Origin: Octopus vulgaris
Taxonomy: Eukaryota
Length of the DNA: 64,000 nt
NCBI GenBank assembly: GCA_951406725.2
Contig: OX597817.1
Span: 145,700,001-145,764,000 of the forward strand
Direction of reading: 5' to 3'
The notes under the pieces are model-generated. The model was not told the origin of the DNA and searched no databases. It saw nothing but the letters and a program-made list of their open reading frames with translations. Position 1 is the stretch's first letter. Each line of letters begins with the position of its first letter. The position numbers and the translations under genes were made by a program. This document shows positions 41,169-53,075 of this stretch, piece after piece.

Positions 41169-41465
41169 TAAAGACCTGTTTCACATGATTACTGGTCATC
41201 TTACTTCAACCTGTCACTAGATACTAATCAGGGAGACTCAGAGAGTGGTACTCGTGTTGTATAAGTGCTTATCTCTATAATCCAATGATGTACAGATGTC
41301 TCTTTATGGTGTACTCATTCATCATTCTTTCTACTTGCCAAAATACTTCTTGGATCCCTAGCTCCAGCCTCAGCTGTGAACTTGGAACCTAACGGGTGGC
41401 CAATTATAGCACGTACACAGTGTACCTATTCATTTAGATCACCAGTGAACTAAATCCTTCATATT

Positions 41466-41537
<72 letters not shown>

Positions 41538-41950
41538 TATATATATGTATGTTTGTGTATATATGGTGATTATCCAATCTTCAGAGATGATTCCCATCTC
41601 TTTCTGCATCCTCTTGTCAATAGCATTTCTGACATTCCATCCATGACCTCTCAGACAAAGATTTAGCCCTGTTGCAGATCTGCATGGTTTGGAGTATAGG
41701 TGACAGACAGAAATTGTAGCTTGCTGCATCTTTATAACTGGTTAGGTCTTCACACTTCACTTTTCCGTTGCCATAACACTTCCAGTAAATGGAATAACAT
41801 ATGAGGTCAACATAAAGCGACATCTGTACATCATTGGATTATAGAGATAAGCACTTGTACAACATGAATACCACTCTCTAAGTTTCCTCGATTAGTATCT
41901 AGTAACAGGCTGAAATCAGATGATCAGTAATCATGTGAAACAGGTTTTTA
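41169..41950. mobile_element. Foldback/MITE-like element with ~130-bp terminal inverted repeats
   Basis: 41169-41300 is the diverged reverse complement of 41819-41950. Confidence 0.7.
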
Positions 41951-44693
41951 TCTATTTATTTATCTATCTACACACACACATCGCCATATTTCATTCTATA
42001 ACAGCTACCTCTGAAGAACGCAGGGTTACATAATTAGACTGTTACCTAACGCTCAATTGAACTCCTAGTGCGAAACCAATTGGTAAGATCAGCCATAATG
42101 GATAAATAATACCGTACACTTCAATTAATATATATATATATGCAGGAATGGCTGTGTGGTAAGTAGCTTGTTTACCAACCACATGGTTCTGGGTTCAGTC
42201 CCACTGTGTGGCACCTTGGGCAGGTGTTTTCTACTATAGCCTCAGGCTGACCAAAGCCTTGTGAGTGGATTTGGTAGACAGAAACTGAAAGAAGCCTGTC
42301 ATATATATGTATATATGTATGCGTGTTTGTGTGTCTGTGTTTGTCCCCTAGCATTGCTTGACAACCGATGCTGGTGTGTTTACGTCCCCGTCACTTAGCA
42401 GTTCGACAAAGGAGACCAATAGAATAAGTACTGGGCTTACAAAAGAATAAGTCCCAGGGTCGAGTTGCTCGATTAAAGGTGGTGCTCCAGCATGGCCGCA
42501 GTCAAATGACTAAAACAAATAAAAGAGAGTAAAGAGTAATATAAATATATATATATATATACATAAAAGTATGATATTGCAAACAGGGAAAATAGAACTC
42601 AAAATATGAGTATATGAATATTTTTATTAATATTTAGCAGAAGCAACAGAGTGACCCGAGGTCTGAGAGTTTTGTGCATTGAAACTCTTGGCCCTTGAGT
42701 CACTCTGTTGCTACTGCGCATATATATATATTGTGTGTGTGTGTGTGAGAGAGAATGCGTGTGTGCATGTATGTGTGTGTGTGAGAGTGAGTGTGTGCGT
42801 GAGAGAGAGTGTGTGTGTGCGAGAGAGAGTGTGTGCGTGCATGCATGTGTGTGTGAGAGAGAGAGAGAGCGTGTGTTTGTATGAGAGAGTGAGTGTGTGC
42901 ATGCATGTGTGTATGTGTGTCTTATTTACACATTTTGCCCTTAGCTACTTTCAGAGCTGAATTCCTTTTCATCCCTTCTTACATTTTTGGGTGCTTGTTT
43001 AAAGGAATCTTCCCGAAATTTCTGTGTTTCCCCCATCTCTAACTCATATTTATTTATAGATTTTCTACATTTTGAATATTGTTGTAATTCCCTGCATTTT
43101 AACTCCAACCTGACCTCTGTTGACATCTTCCTAATGTTTTGACAATCACCTTTTCAAACCAACAAAGAAATTGCTGTTATTTGACTTGCTACAAATACCA
43201 GCCAAATCTCCCACAAATCATACAATAGTCCCAGACAAATAATAGTCTGGGACAAATAACAGTCCCAGACAAATAATTTAGTCTTTGACACAATATGTTT
43301 GGAAGGAAGAGTGAGTGAGTGAGCGAGCGAGCGGGCAAGTTCTTTCTTTCCTTTTTTTTTCTTCCTTCCTTTCTTTCTTTCAACAATGAGTGATTTAGCC
43401 AATATGAATAGTTTTTTACTGGATTCTCATCAGGGACATCTGCATCTATTTTACCAATCTCAGAGAAACAAACAGCCAATACAATATGCATGTATATATT
43501 TGCATGTGATAACAAATATCAAAGAATGGAGTTAGCAAATCATTTTCATGCATAGCTTACAATCATTTCATCCTTATGTAGTGTAGCTTTTCTTGCATCA
43601 TGTTGTAACCATGTCAGCAACTATTAATTAATTTCCATGTGCTGCGTAGGACTTCTTTTCAATTTTCAGATATCAGATATCTGTAGAAGTGCTTCATGTA
43701 ATAAACACAAGGGTTAGATATAGCACTTCACTTGATATATATATATATATATCATCATCATCATCATTGTTTAACGTCCACTTTCCATGCTAGCATGGGT
43801 TGGACAATTTGACTGAGGACTGGCAAATCAGATGGCTGCACCAGGCTCCAATCTAATCTGGCAGAGTTTCTACAGCTGGATGCTCTTCCTAACGCCAACC
43901 ACTCCGAGAGTGTAGTGGCACAAGGGCCAGTCAGGCAGTACTGGGAATGGCCATGCTCAAATGGTGTTTATTACATGCCACCTGCATAGAAGCCAGTCCA
44001 GTGGCACTGGCAACGACCTTGCTTGAATGTTTTTCCATGTGCCAGTAAGGCGACGCTGGTAACGATCACGCTCGAATGGTGCTTTTTACATGCTTTATCT
44101 TTTACTTGCTGCAGTCATTTGACTGTGAACATGCTAGGACGTAATATATATTTATATATGCTTGTGTGTGTCTGTGTGTGTGTGCATATATATATATATA
44201 TATATTTACAATATATTTATTGAAGAAATATCTCTTAACTTATCAATTATATATCAAAATCAAATCACAATCAAATGGAAATTGTAGTTGTGATCCCTGT
44301 GCTGGCAGCATGTAAAAAGCACCATCCAAATGTGGCCAATGCCAGCACCACCTTGACTGGCTTCCATGCCGGTGGCACGTAAGAAGCACCATCCGATCAT
44401 GGTCAATGCCAGCCCCCTCTGGCCCCTGTGCTGGTGGCATGTAAATAAGTACCCACTACACTCTCGGAGTGGTTGGCATTAGGAAGGGCATCCAGCTGTA
44501 GAAACACTGCTAGATCAGATTGGAGCCTGGTGCAGCTTCCTGGCTTCCCAGACCCCAGTCAAACCGTCCAACCCATGCCAGCATGGAAAACAGATGTTAA
44601 ATGATGATGATGACATGATGATATATATATCGCCATGTTGATTCGCTAGCTTCTGCGCGCATTTTTTTTCTCTCCGTGTTTCTTTTCTGTGTA

Positions 44694-44731
44694 TCTTTCT
44701 GTTGAAGAGCGTAGGCTCGAAACGTAAAAGA
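44694..44731 (+). ncRNA. Minimal Penelope-type hammerhead-like motif
   Basis: TCTTT-CTGTTGA-A-GAGC GTAG GCTC-GAAA-CG-TA-AAAGA. Stems I and II pair; palindromic stem III; A6>U core variant. Confidence 0.55.
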
Positions 44732-44827
44732 CTTGTTTTATTTATATTCCTGAGCGCCATACTAATACAATTGTTTGTTTGTATTCCACCTGCCTTCGTC
44801 TTTTGTTTATTTTCATAAAGCTTCCCG

Positions 44828-44881
<54 letters not shown>

Positions 44882-46439
44882 TACAAGCACTTAAGAAACC
44901 TTTTGAGGCTAACCTTCTACAGAAAGACTATATATAAGAAAACAACATGTGATTTAATGCAGGGAAATTCTAAGCCTTCTGTAACCAGCTGTCTTCTGCT
45001 TACATGCAACAACAATGATTCTCTGAAGCAAAAGGAGTGGCAAACCCACAGTCTAGTACAGTGTGTGATCTGGGGATTGATATGAGAAACAACACCTTGG
45101 TGTATGTGCATATCACCAAGATGATGGCAATGTGCAGGCAAATGGCTGGCTGGATTCTGAGAATTTTCAGAACAAGGGGCCAGGAAACTATGTGTATATA
45201 TCATCATCATCATCTTTTAATGTCCATTTTCCATGCTGGCATGGGTTGGACAGTCTGACCAGAACTGGCAAGCAGGAGAGCTGCATCAGGTTCTGATCTT
45301 ATTTGGTTGGTTTCTATTGCTGGATGCCCTGCCTAATGCCAACCATTTTACTGGGTGCTTATAATGTGGCACTGGCATGAATGCTTTTTATGTGCCACCA
45401 GCATAGGGCTCTTGCAGGCCAGTCCTTTTATTAGGGGGTGTGGCATTAGTATTTCTGCTGTGGAATACGGGTTCTCTTAAGTACAGCAAGGCAACAGGTA
45501 TCTCAGTCCTTTGATATCTCCTCTGCAAGGAGAATAATGTTCACAATGCATCTTTTACGATATTCTTCTAACCACTTTTACTCTTTACTCTTTATTCTTC
45601 TAACTAATTTTAGTCTTTATTCTTCTATTTTATTCCTTATAAACTGTGAGTTCTATTCTTTGTAAACTGTAAATCTTCTGGAGAAGTACTTGCATGGCAA
45701 GTGACCTGATCTTAGATCATGTGCTGATGCTGCAATTGTAAATTTTCCCCGTCTAAAATATTCATACCTTGTCCCTGATGATGGCGAACCATTTACACAC
45801 TGGGGTCGATGTAATCGACTTAATCCCTTTGTCTGTCCTTGTTTGTCCCCTCTGTGTGTAGCCCCTTGTGGGCAGTAAAGAAATAAGAAATTGAAAGAAG
45901 TCTGTTGTGTGTGTGTGTGTCTGCGTGTGTGTCTGCGTGTGCGCGCACGTGTGTGTATGTGTGTGTCCATTACTGCTAGGCAACCAGTGTTGGTGTGTTT
46001 ACAGCTCCATAACTTAGCAGTCCAGCAAAAGAGACTGATAGAATAAATACCAAGCTTAAAAACAAAACAAAAAACAAACAAGTACTAGGGTTGAATCATT
46101 CGGCTAAAAATTCTTCAAGGTGGTACCCCAGCATGGCCGCAGTCTAATAACTGAAACAAAAAAAAAGATAAAACTCTAGTCTTTCGCCTCTGGTCTCAAA
46201 TGGGTTTGCCGTGTCAATTACAATACATAGTTTCTTCTTATCTGTTGTCATTTTTGTTGTTGATGGTAATGGTAGCTTTAATATTTATCTTTTTCTTTAC
46301 ATTTCTGCTGCGAATAGGCACAATAAATGCAGAATTTTGTTTCACCATTCTATGAAAGAAATAACCTGGAGGATCGTAAAATCGTCTACGATGTTTAAAG
46401 GATGTTGTTTCGTTGATCACATGTAATTTTAGTAATATA

Positions 46440-46807
46440 CTAGCAATATCGCCCGGCGTTGCATGGGTTTGTTTCAACCTTTTAGAATTGGAATTTTTGA
46501 AAAGTAAAGAAGTTGCATTATGTAGCTTGTTATTGAACATTAAATGAACATTTTTCTGGTTGAAATACACCGAAAAATGTTGACACAGCAGTCAAAAAAT
46601 CGTAAAAAATGGGGATTTTCATAGAAAAAAAGCACCTTTTTGATGTAAATAATTTTTGGTGTTAACTTGGTCCGATTTGAATTTTTTCTTCTACGGAAGG
46701 AAGAGCAAGCCTTCTTCTATCGCCGCAGGGTCTCGGAGGAGATGGTGTTAGTTGAAGGCTACCAAACCTGCCATACACAGACAACTTCAGCTTTATAAGG
46801 AGAGAGA
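46440..46807 (-). mobile_element. Non-autonomous Helitron
   Basis: Minus strand A|TC start, CCCATGCAACGCCGGG hairpin, TTGCTAG|T end. Confidence 0.7.
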
Positions 46808-46878
46808 TTAAAACGCTAATGAGAAATTCCCCCCGTGGTGTAAACAATCTGTCATGGTGTAGAAAGGGGATGATATAA

Positions 46879-46909
<31 letters not shown>

Positions 46910-47163
46910 GGGGGAGGGAGATGGGAAAGAGAGGGAGGGAGATCCACAGGACACTACCAGCACATACACGCTCACATATCTGTTTATCTATCTTCTGGCT
47001 TCTATTAAAGGGCTAAGGGGATGATAAAAGTAAGTGTGCAATATATGTGTGTAAGGGGGAGAGAGGGATTCGAATGAAACCTGCTGGTACATATAAACAC
47101 TCTCGCATCACTTATTTTACTATCTTCTGTTATATTAGTGTTAAAAGGTGATAAAAGCACGTC

Positions 47164-47194
<31 letters not shown>

Positions 47195-47271
47195 CTCAAA
47201 TAAATGCCACGCATATACTCACACTCACATGAATGTTATTGATGCACATACACACATGCAGACAACATTTG

Positions 47272-47742
47272 TTTACCCTTTCGTTACTGTATTTATTTTG
47301 AGATGCTCTGTTTTTTTTTTTCAATTACTTTAAATATAACAAAGAATTTAGTAAAATAACTTAACTATCATTCAGCTAGTGTTAGGAGCATTAATTGGGA
47401 CTAAGGTTTAGTGGAAGATTTTAATTCAAAACTTATGAAAACAAGACGTTTATATTACAAAGCCAGAGCCTGTTTCAGTCGGGTTGGTAATGAAATGATT
47501 AAATTAATCATTTGTTAACCGTTTTGTTACCATATTTCTGTTGAGATGCTCTATGTTTCTTTCAATTGCTTTAAATATAACAAAGAATTTAGTAAAATAA
47601 CTAAGTTATCATTCAGCTAGTGTTAGGAACATAAATTGTGACTAAGGTTTGGTGGAAGATTTTAATTCAAAACTTATGAAAACAAGACATTTGTATTACA
47701 GAGCCAGAGCCAGTTTTAGCCGGGTTGGTAACAAAAGGGTTT
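47272..47742. mobile_element. Two adjacent ~230-bp piggyBac-like MITE copies
   Basis: Direct duplication 47272-47502 / 47515-47742. Termini resemble TTAACC.TTT.GTTACC / GGTAACAAAAGGGTT.A. Confidence 0.65.
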
Positions 47743-47820
47743 ATCCATAGAATCAGCTAATTTAATTTTCAACTTGTTTTTATTCAGTATGTTTATTTGC
47801 TTTTATATTTCAGATCAATA

Positions 47821-49452
47821 ATGTCAATGAATGACTGCAATGGCGTGATGAAACACGAAAAGAAACAAAAGATAGCTGTTCATTGGTTCAGGCATGGGCA
47901 ACGTCTTCATGATAATCCTGCTCTTGTGAATGCCCTGAAAGACTGTGACGAATTCTATCCAGTCTTTATCTTTGATGGAGAAGTTGCTGGTACAAAACTG
48001 TGTGGTTTTAATAGATGGCGATTTCTATTAGAAAATCTGAAAGATCTGGACGAATCATTTGCTGAATATGGTGGAAGGCTCTATACTTTCCAAGGCGACC
48101 CTGTTGATGTTTTTAAGAATCTTCAGAAAGAATGGGGTATTACTCATATCACAGCTGAAATCGATCCTGAACCAATATGGCTGGAAAGGGATGATGCTGT
48201 GAAAAAATTTTGTCAGAAATCAGGTATCGAGTGTGATTTTTTCACTTCTCATACTCTGTGGGATCCACAACTTTTACTGAAAAAGAATGGAGGGACACCT
48301 CCATTGACCTTTGAATTATTTCAGCTTGTTACTTCTTCTCTTGGACCACCCCTTCGCCCACTTGATACACCAAATTTTGAAGGAGTTAAAATGCCACTAC
48401 CAGAAAACCACGATAAATTTGCTGTACCAACATTAAAATCACTTGGTATTCATCCTGAGTTTGAAGAACAGAAAAACCCCATCAACGTTTTTATTGGTGG
48501 TGAAAAACGTGCTCTTGTACTACTTAAAGCACGTTTAGAGAAAGAAGCCCAAAGTTTCCGCCACGGTCAATGCTTACCAAACCATCAAGAGCAACCGGAA
48601 CTGCTGGCCAGAGCTGTCAGTTTAAGTCCTTATCTCCGCTTTGGCTGCGTATCAATCCGTAAAACTTATTGGGATATATGTGATACTTATAAAAAGATCA
48701 AGAATGTCGAGGCTCCAAATGAGATTGTTTGCCAACTTTATTGGAGAGAGTATTTCTATATTATGTCTATTGATAACATCAATTTTGATAAAATTGAGAA
48801 CAACCCTTATTGTCTGAAAATCAACTGGCAATATAATGAGGAGTTTTTGAAGAAATGGGAATTAGGACAAACTGGTTACCCATGGATTGATGCAATCATG
48901 AATCAGTTACGCTTTGAAGGCTGGAATCACCATGTTGGTCGTCATGCAGTGTCTTGTTTCTTGACAAGAGGTGATCTTTGGGTGAGTTGGGAAGATGGTT
49001 TGAATACTTTTCTGAAATACCAGTTGGATGCAGATTGGTCAGTTTGTGCTGGAAATTGGATGTGGGTGTCCAGTTCAGCTTTTGAGAAAGCTCTTCAGTG
49101 TCCTACCTGCTACTCTCCTGTTATGTATGGTATGCGGATGGACAGAAATGGAGATTTTGTGAAAACCTACGTTCCCGTCTTAAAAGACATGCCACTTAAA
49201 TACTTATTCTGTCCCTGGAAAGCACCTTTGGAAATTCAAGAGAAAGCTAATTGTATTATTGGCAAAGATTACCCTGAACCAATCGTCATGCATCGTGATG
49301 CTTCCAAACAAAACATGGCCAAGATGTATAAAGTAAAAGAACATTTGTTACACCAAGACGTACCTCATTGTGGTCCAACCAATGAAACAGAAGTTTGGAA
49401 ATTTGCCTGGCTCCCACCAATTGAACACCACGATCTGGCCCACAATATTTAG
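47821..49452 (+). CDS. cry1: Cryptochrome, light-sensitive Drosophila-type (type 1 / L-CRY), 543 aa, single coding exon
   Basis: Motifs HWFRHGQRLHDNPAL, FIFDGEVAGTK, EPIW..RD, SHTLWDP, LSPYLRFGC, GWNHH, DADWSVCAGNWMWVSSSAFE (Cys as dCRY C416) and tail PHCGPTNETEVWKFAWL (dCRY PHCRPSNEEEVRQFFWL). Splice acceptor tttcag ends at 47813. Confidence 0.96.
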   Translation: MSMNDCNGVMKHEKKQKIAVHWFRHGQRLHDNPALVNALKDCDEFYPVFIFDGEVAGTKLCGFNRWRFLLENLKDLDESFAEYGGRLYTFQGDPVDVFKNLQKEWGITHITAEIDPEPIWLERDDAVKKFCQKSGIECDFFTSHTLWDPQLLLKKNGGTPPLTFELFQLVTSSLGPPLRPLDTPNFEGVKMPLPENHDKFAVPTLKSLGIHPEFEEQKNPINVFIGGEKRALVLLKARLEKEAQSFRHGQCLPNHQEQPELLARAVSLSPYLRFGCVSIRKTYWDICDTYKKIKNVEAPNEIVCQLYWREYFYIMSIDNINFDKIENNPYCLKINWQYNEEFLKKWELGQTGYPWIDAIMNQLRFEGWNHHVGRHAVSCFLTRGDLWVSWEDGLNTFLKYQLDADWSVCAGNWMWVSSSAFEKALQCPTCYSPVMYGMRMDRNGDFVKTYVPVLKDMPLKYLFCPWKAPLEIQEKANCIIGKDYPEPIVMHRDASKQNMAKMYKVKEHLLHQDVPHCGPTNETEVWKFAWLPPIEHHDLAHNI

Positions 49453-51474
49453 TCATATTTTTGTAACAACTTCAAGTAATTTTATTAAGCTGTGTTGTTA
49501 CTGTTAGTTTCTCGATTATAATCTGTAGTAAAATAACCATTAGTGGCCTAGACAGCACTAACAGATTTGTCATAATGAAAGTAACTATGCACTTACTCTT
49601 TTCTAAAACAATTTATTTTCTTGTTGACTGGTTAAATACAAGGCGCTTGTATTATTTGTTCAGTATTCTAGTTATAATCATCTTGTGTATATTATTGGGG
49701 AAAAATTAAAAAAAAAAAACCCATTTCACTCTCTGATGAAGGGCTTTACTTGAAACAATGTTCTCATGTTACCACAACATATGAATTTAATTCTATTATG
49801 TTGACCTAAGATTTATATCTTAGACATTTGTTATGTATTGTAAAATATTGTAAAGTGCTTATTGAGAGAAAGCATTGGCAGAAAGAATTTGTAATTGCCT
49901 CTTGTCACTAGTTTAAGATTTCTTAACATGAAAGGTTTTGAGACAGAATGCACAGTAACAACCCGTGTCAATTCATGCAACTCCTGCAGCTTATGTCTAG
50001 CCCATTAGAAAGTACCTGGATGTTTTAATAATGCTAATTGTATGCTAAAGACAGGCTAAAAACCTATAATGTATGTTGGACCATTGGATAAGTTTTCAAT
50101 TGGCTTCTGAATAGCATCAGGTTATTTAAGTAGAACTGACTGGAGATATTAATAATGAAAAATAAAATATTTTAAAATTCATTTTTACAACTGATCACTT
50201 ATTTGATTTCGATACCTTCCTGAATTGTTAGCACAGACATTTTACCCATGGATTCTTTTCTTGAGACAGCAAACTGGCAGGGTCATTAAAGCATTAACCG
50301 AAATACCTTGTGTTAGTTTTTCTGGCTCTTTTCATTCTAAGTTCAAATCAGTCCTGCCTCAGCTACCTTGGGTGGCAGATAGATAAACTCATATTTTGGT
50401 GAGTAGACTACTTGCTTCTCTGCACCATTTCTTAATCATTAGGACATTAAAACCAAAATTTAATTTTTATCCTCCATAAAATTTCTTTCATTAGATTGTG
50501 ACTCACAGGTTTCAGACAATAATTTAAATATTTTCCCCCATTCTCATCAGTTCAAGGTTGCTATTTGTAATTTAGTTGTTGGATAATTTTATTTGTTGTT
50601 TCCCATATGATTTTTACAAAAGACATGATCTGTGTCATACAGTGCAAAAAAAAAATAATAATAAAAATAAAATAAAAAATAAAACACAAATAGTTATTTA
50701 GCTGCACAATGCTTTCACATTCTTTTATTTCATTTCCTCATTCTTATAAGAAATGTCATGTTCATTGTTGTAAGCCTGAAAGCAATGAAGTCATAAAAGA
50801 ATCATCCATAACTTGCAGTAAGCAACATTTATTAAAATATAAGTATTCAGAACACAGAATAACCTGTAACAAAAACAATTTGCAAACATATTTACATTCC
50901 CATATAACAGTTAAGAACATCACCATTATTGTATTACACATGCACGGAAGTGTTTGTTTGACTAGGTACTGCTGGCTTACTTATGCACGACTCAAGTTAG
51001 AGAAGGGGTGCATGTTATACACAAGATTTAGGCTTTTCAGAGGTACGGCCCCCTAAAAATCCCCTGCGTATTATACTCAAGGGCGGACTATACTCGAGGA
51101 TTTACACTAATCATATTAATTATCTCATAAGATCCTAATCTATATTTTGCTACATCATTAGAACATTTGATATACTCTGGTAGTTGTTATTTTATGGGGA
51201 GGTAATCACTTCTAAATTAATCATGATGAGGTTAGAAGTTTGAAACTTAAATTGAAGAGTAATGAAGATGCAGAGTATACATTTAAAATTTTTTTTCTCT
51301 CGTTACATTAATCTTAAATATTCTAATCATAGGTGGCCATGTATAGTGCCATTTCATCCTTATTTGAAATCATCAGCATGACATAACTCAATTACACTAC
51401 ATTAGGCTTTACATCAAAATTTAATATGACTGAAATTTTGAAAACATTTTTTTCCTGTTAATTATGTACTGCTG

Positions 51475-51558
<84 letters not shown>

Positions 51559-52653
51559 TGATGATGATGATGATGATGATGACAATGATAATTGACATAT
51601 TTCTAACAATGATCATTAAGAGAAAAAAATTAATCAAATTAAAATTGAATTTAATGATAATTTGATGCTATAACATGAATTTAGACTAATTAGACATTAT
51701 TAATTAAACAAGTTGATTTTATCAGTTTGGATTTTTTTTTCAGTTTTTAGTTTTTACCTATTTTTGGTTAGCATGGTAACATAAATTCCCATACTTTCAT
51801 TAAACTATCAAGATTAATTACTTTCTCAGTTGGATGTATACCTTTACTGGGCTGGGAGTATCTTATATATTCCCAGATAAAGCAGATCAAGTTCAAAATG
51901 AATGCATGGAAGAGATATATTCATTTTAAAGTGGTTTCTAGTCGTCTTTTATGGATATTTAAAGAATTTTCTTAACCTCACTTTAATTAGTTATTCAATA
52001 GCTGTTAGTGTTTTCTAGTGTTTTTATATTTTCATTTATATCAGTTTGTTAGAATTGTTCATAAAGACATTGTATTTTCATAAATGACTTCTTGGCATGG
52101 GGTATTTTGTTATACAACCATGATATACTATAAAGCGTGTTAAATGTCAGTGTAAGTCAACACCACATTCTACTGTGTTAGCAGTGCTCTTTACATTATC
52201 TTGTTAAGGTTATTTCTACAGAAATAACCTTACAGATTTTTGCCCCTTTATCAGCACCCACTCTTGTCTTCGAACACATTGCTTATATAGCCACCACATA
52301 CAACAAACCCTCAGAATATGGCATATACACTCATCACCCATTTTTCTCTTCAGTCTCATTGTTTGTTTACATCTGATGCCTTGATATGAAACATTGTATC
52401 AAAAAATCCTTGTTGGCTATAATAACCATAACAAAATAATGTAAAGAGCACTGCTAACACAGTAGAACGTAGTGTTGCCTTATAAAAACATTTGACATAC
52501 TTTAATAGTATAATATGGTTGTATAATGAGATACCATGTGCCTACAAATCATTAATGTTTACATACCAGCTCCAGGAATGCGTTTAATATGTAAATTGCT
52601 ATATCCAATAACTTAACACCGCTGTATGTGGTGGCTGTATAAGCATTGCGTTT

Positions 52654-52741
52654 GGAGGCAAGAGTGGGTTTGATGGGTGCTGATGAAGGGCAAAACTCCC
52701 CTGAAATATGGCATATACACTCATTTCCCATTTTTGTCTTC
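52654..52741 (+). ncRNA. Type I hammerhead ribozyme candidate
   Basis: Stem I GATGGGTG/CACTCATT, core CTGATGA (52680-86), stem II AGGG/CCCT, GAAA (52703-06), stem III ATAT/ATAT, AUA cleavage triplet, plus a 15-bp stem I extension. Confidence 0.75.
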
Positions 52742-53075
52742 GATCTCATTGTTCATTTACATCTGACGTCTCAATACGAAACATTGTAGCAAAAAAATCT
52801 GTGCTGGCTATAATCTCTGTAGAAATAACCTTAACAAAATATTGTAATTTCATGATTAAACTCATTAAATATATGCACTTACATTTGTAATCTGTGTTTG
52901 TTCTTTACTAAATCTTTATTTTATTCTTATTTTTTATTGTTAGAATATTGTTTGTCTTTTTTATTGGTTTCCTATGATGGGAATGATAATTAATAATGAC
53001 AGAAGCAGTATCAATACCAAAAGGTAATATTTTGATGTTGTGTTGGAACACAGAATACTGCATTATTTATGATTA

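Noticed and set aside
47797-47820. TTG-started N-terminal MLLYFR of the 551-aa ORF
   Set aside because: It lies in the polypyrimidine tract and acceptor. The exon begins at 47814.
52771-52792. Second hammerhead core next to the main one (CTGACGT...CGAAACATTGTA)
   Set aside because: A9 is lost, stem II does not pair and stem I has no partner.
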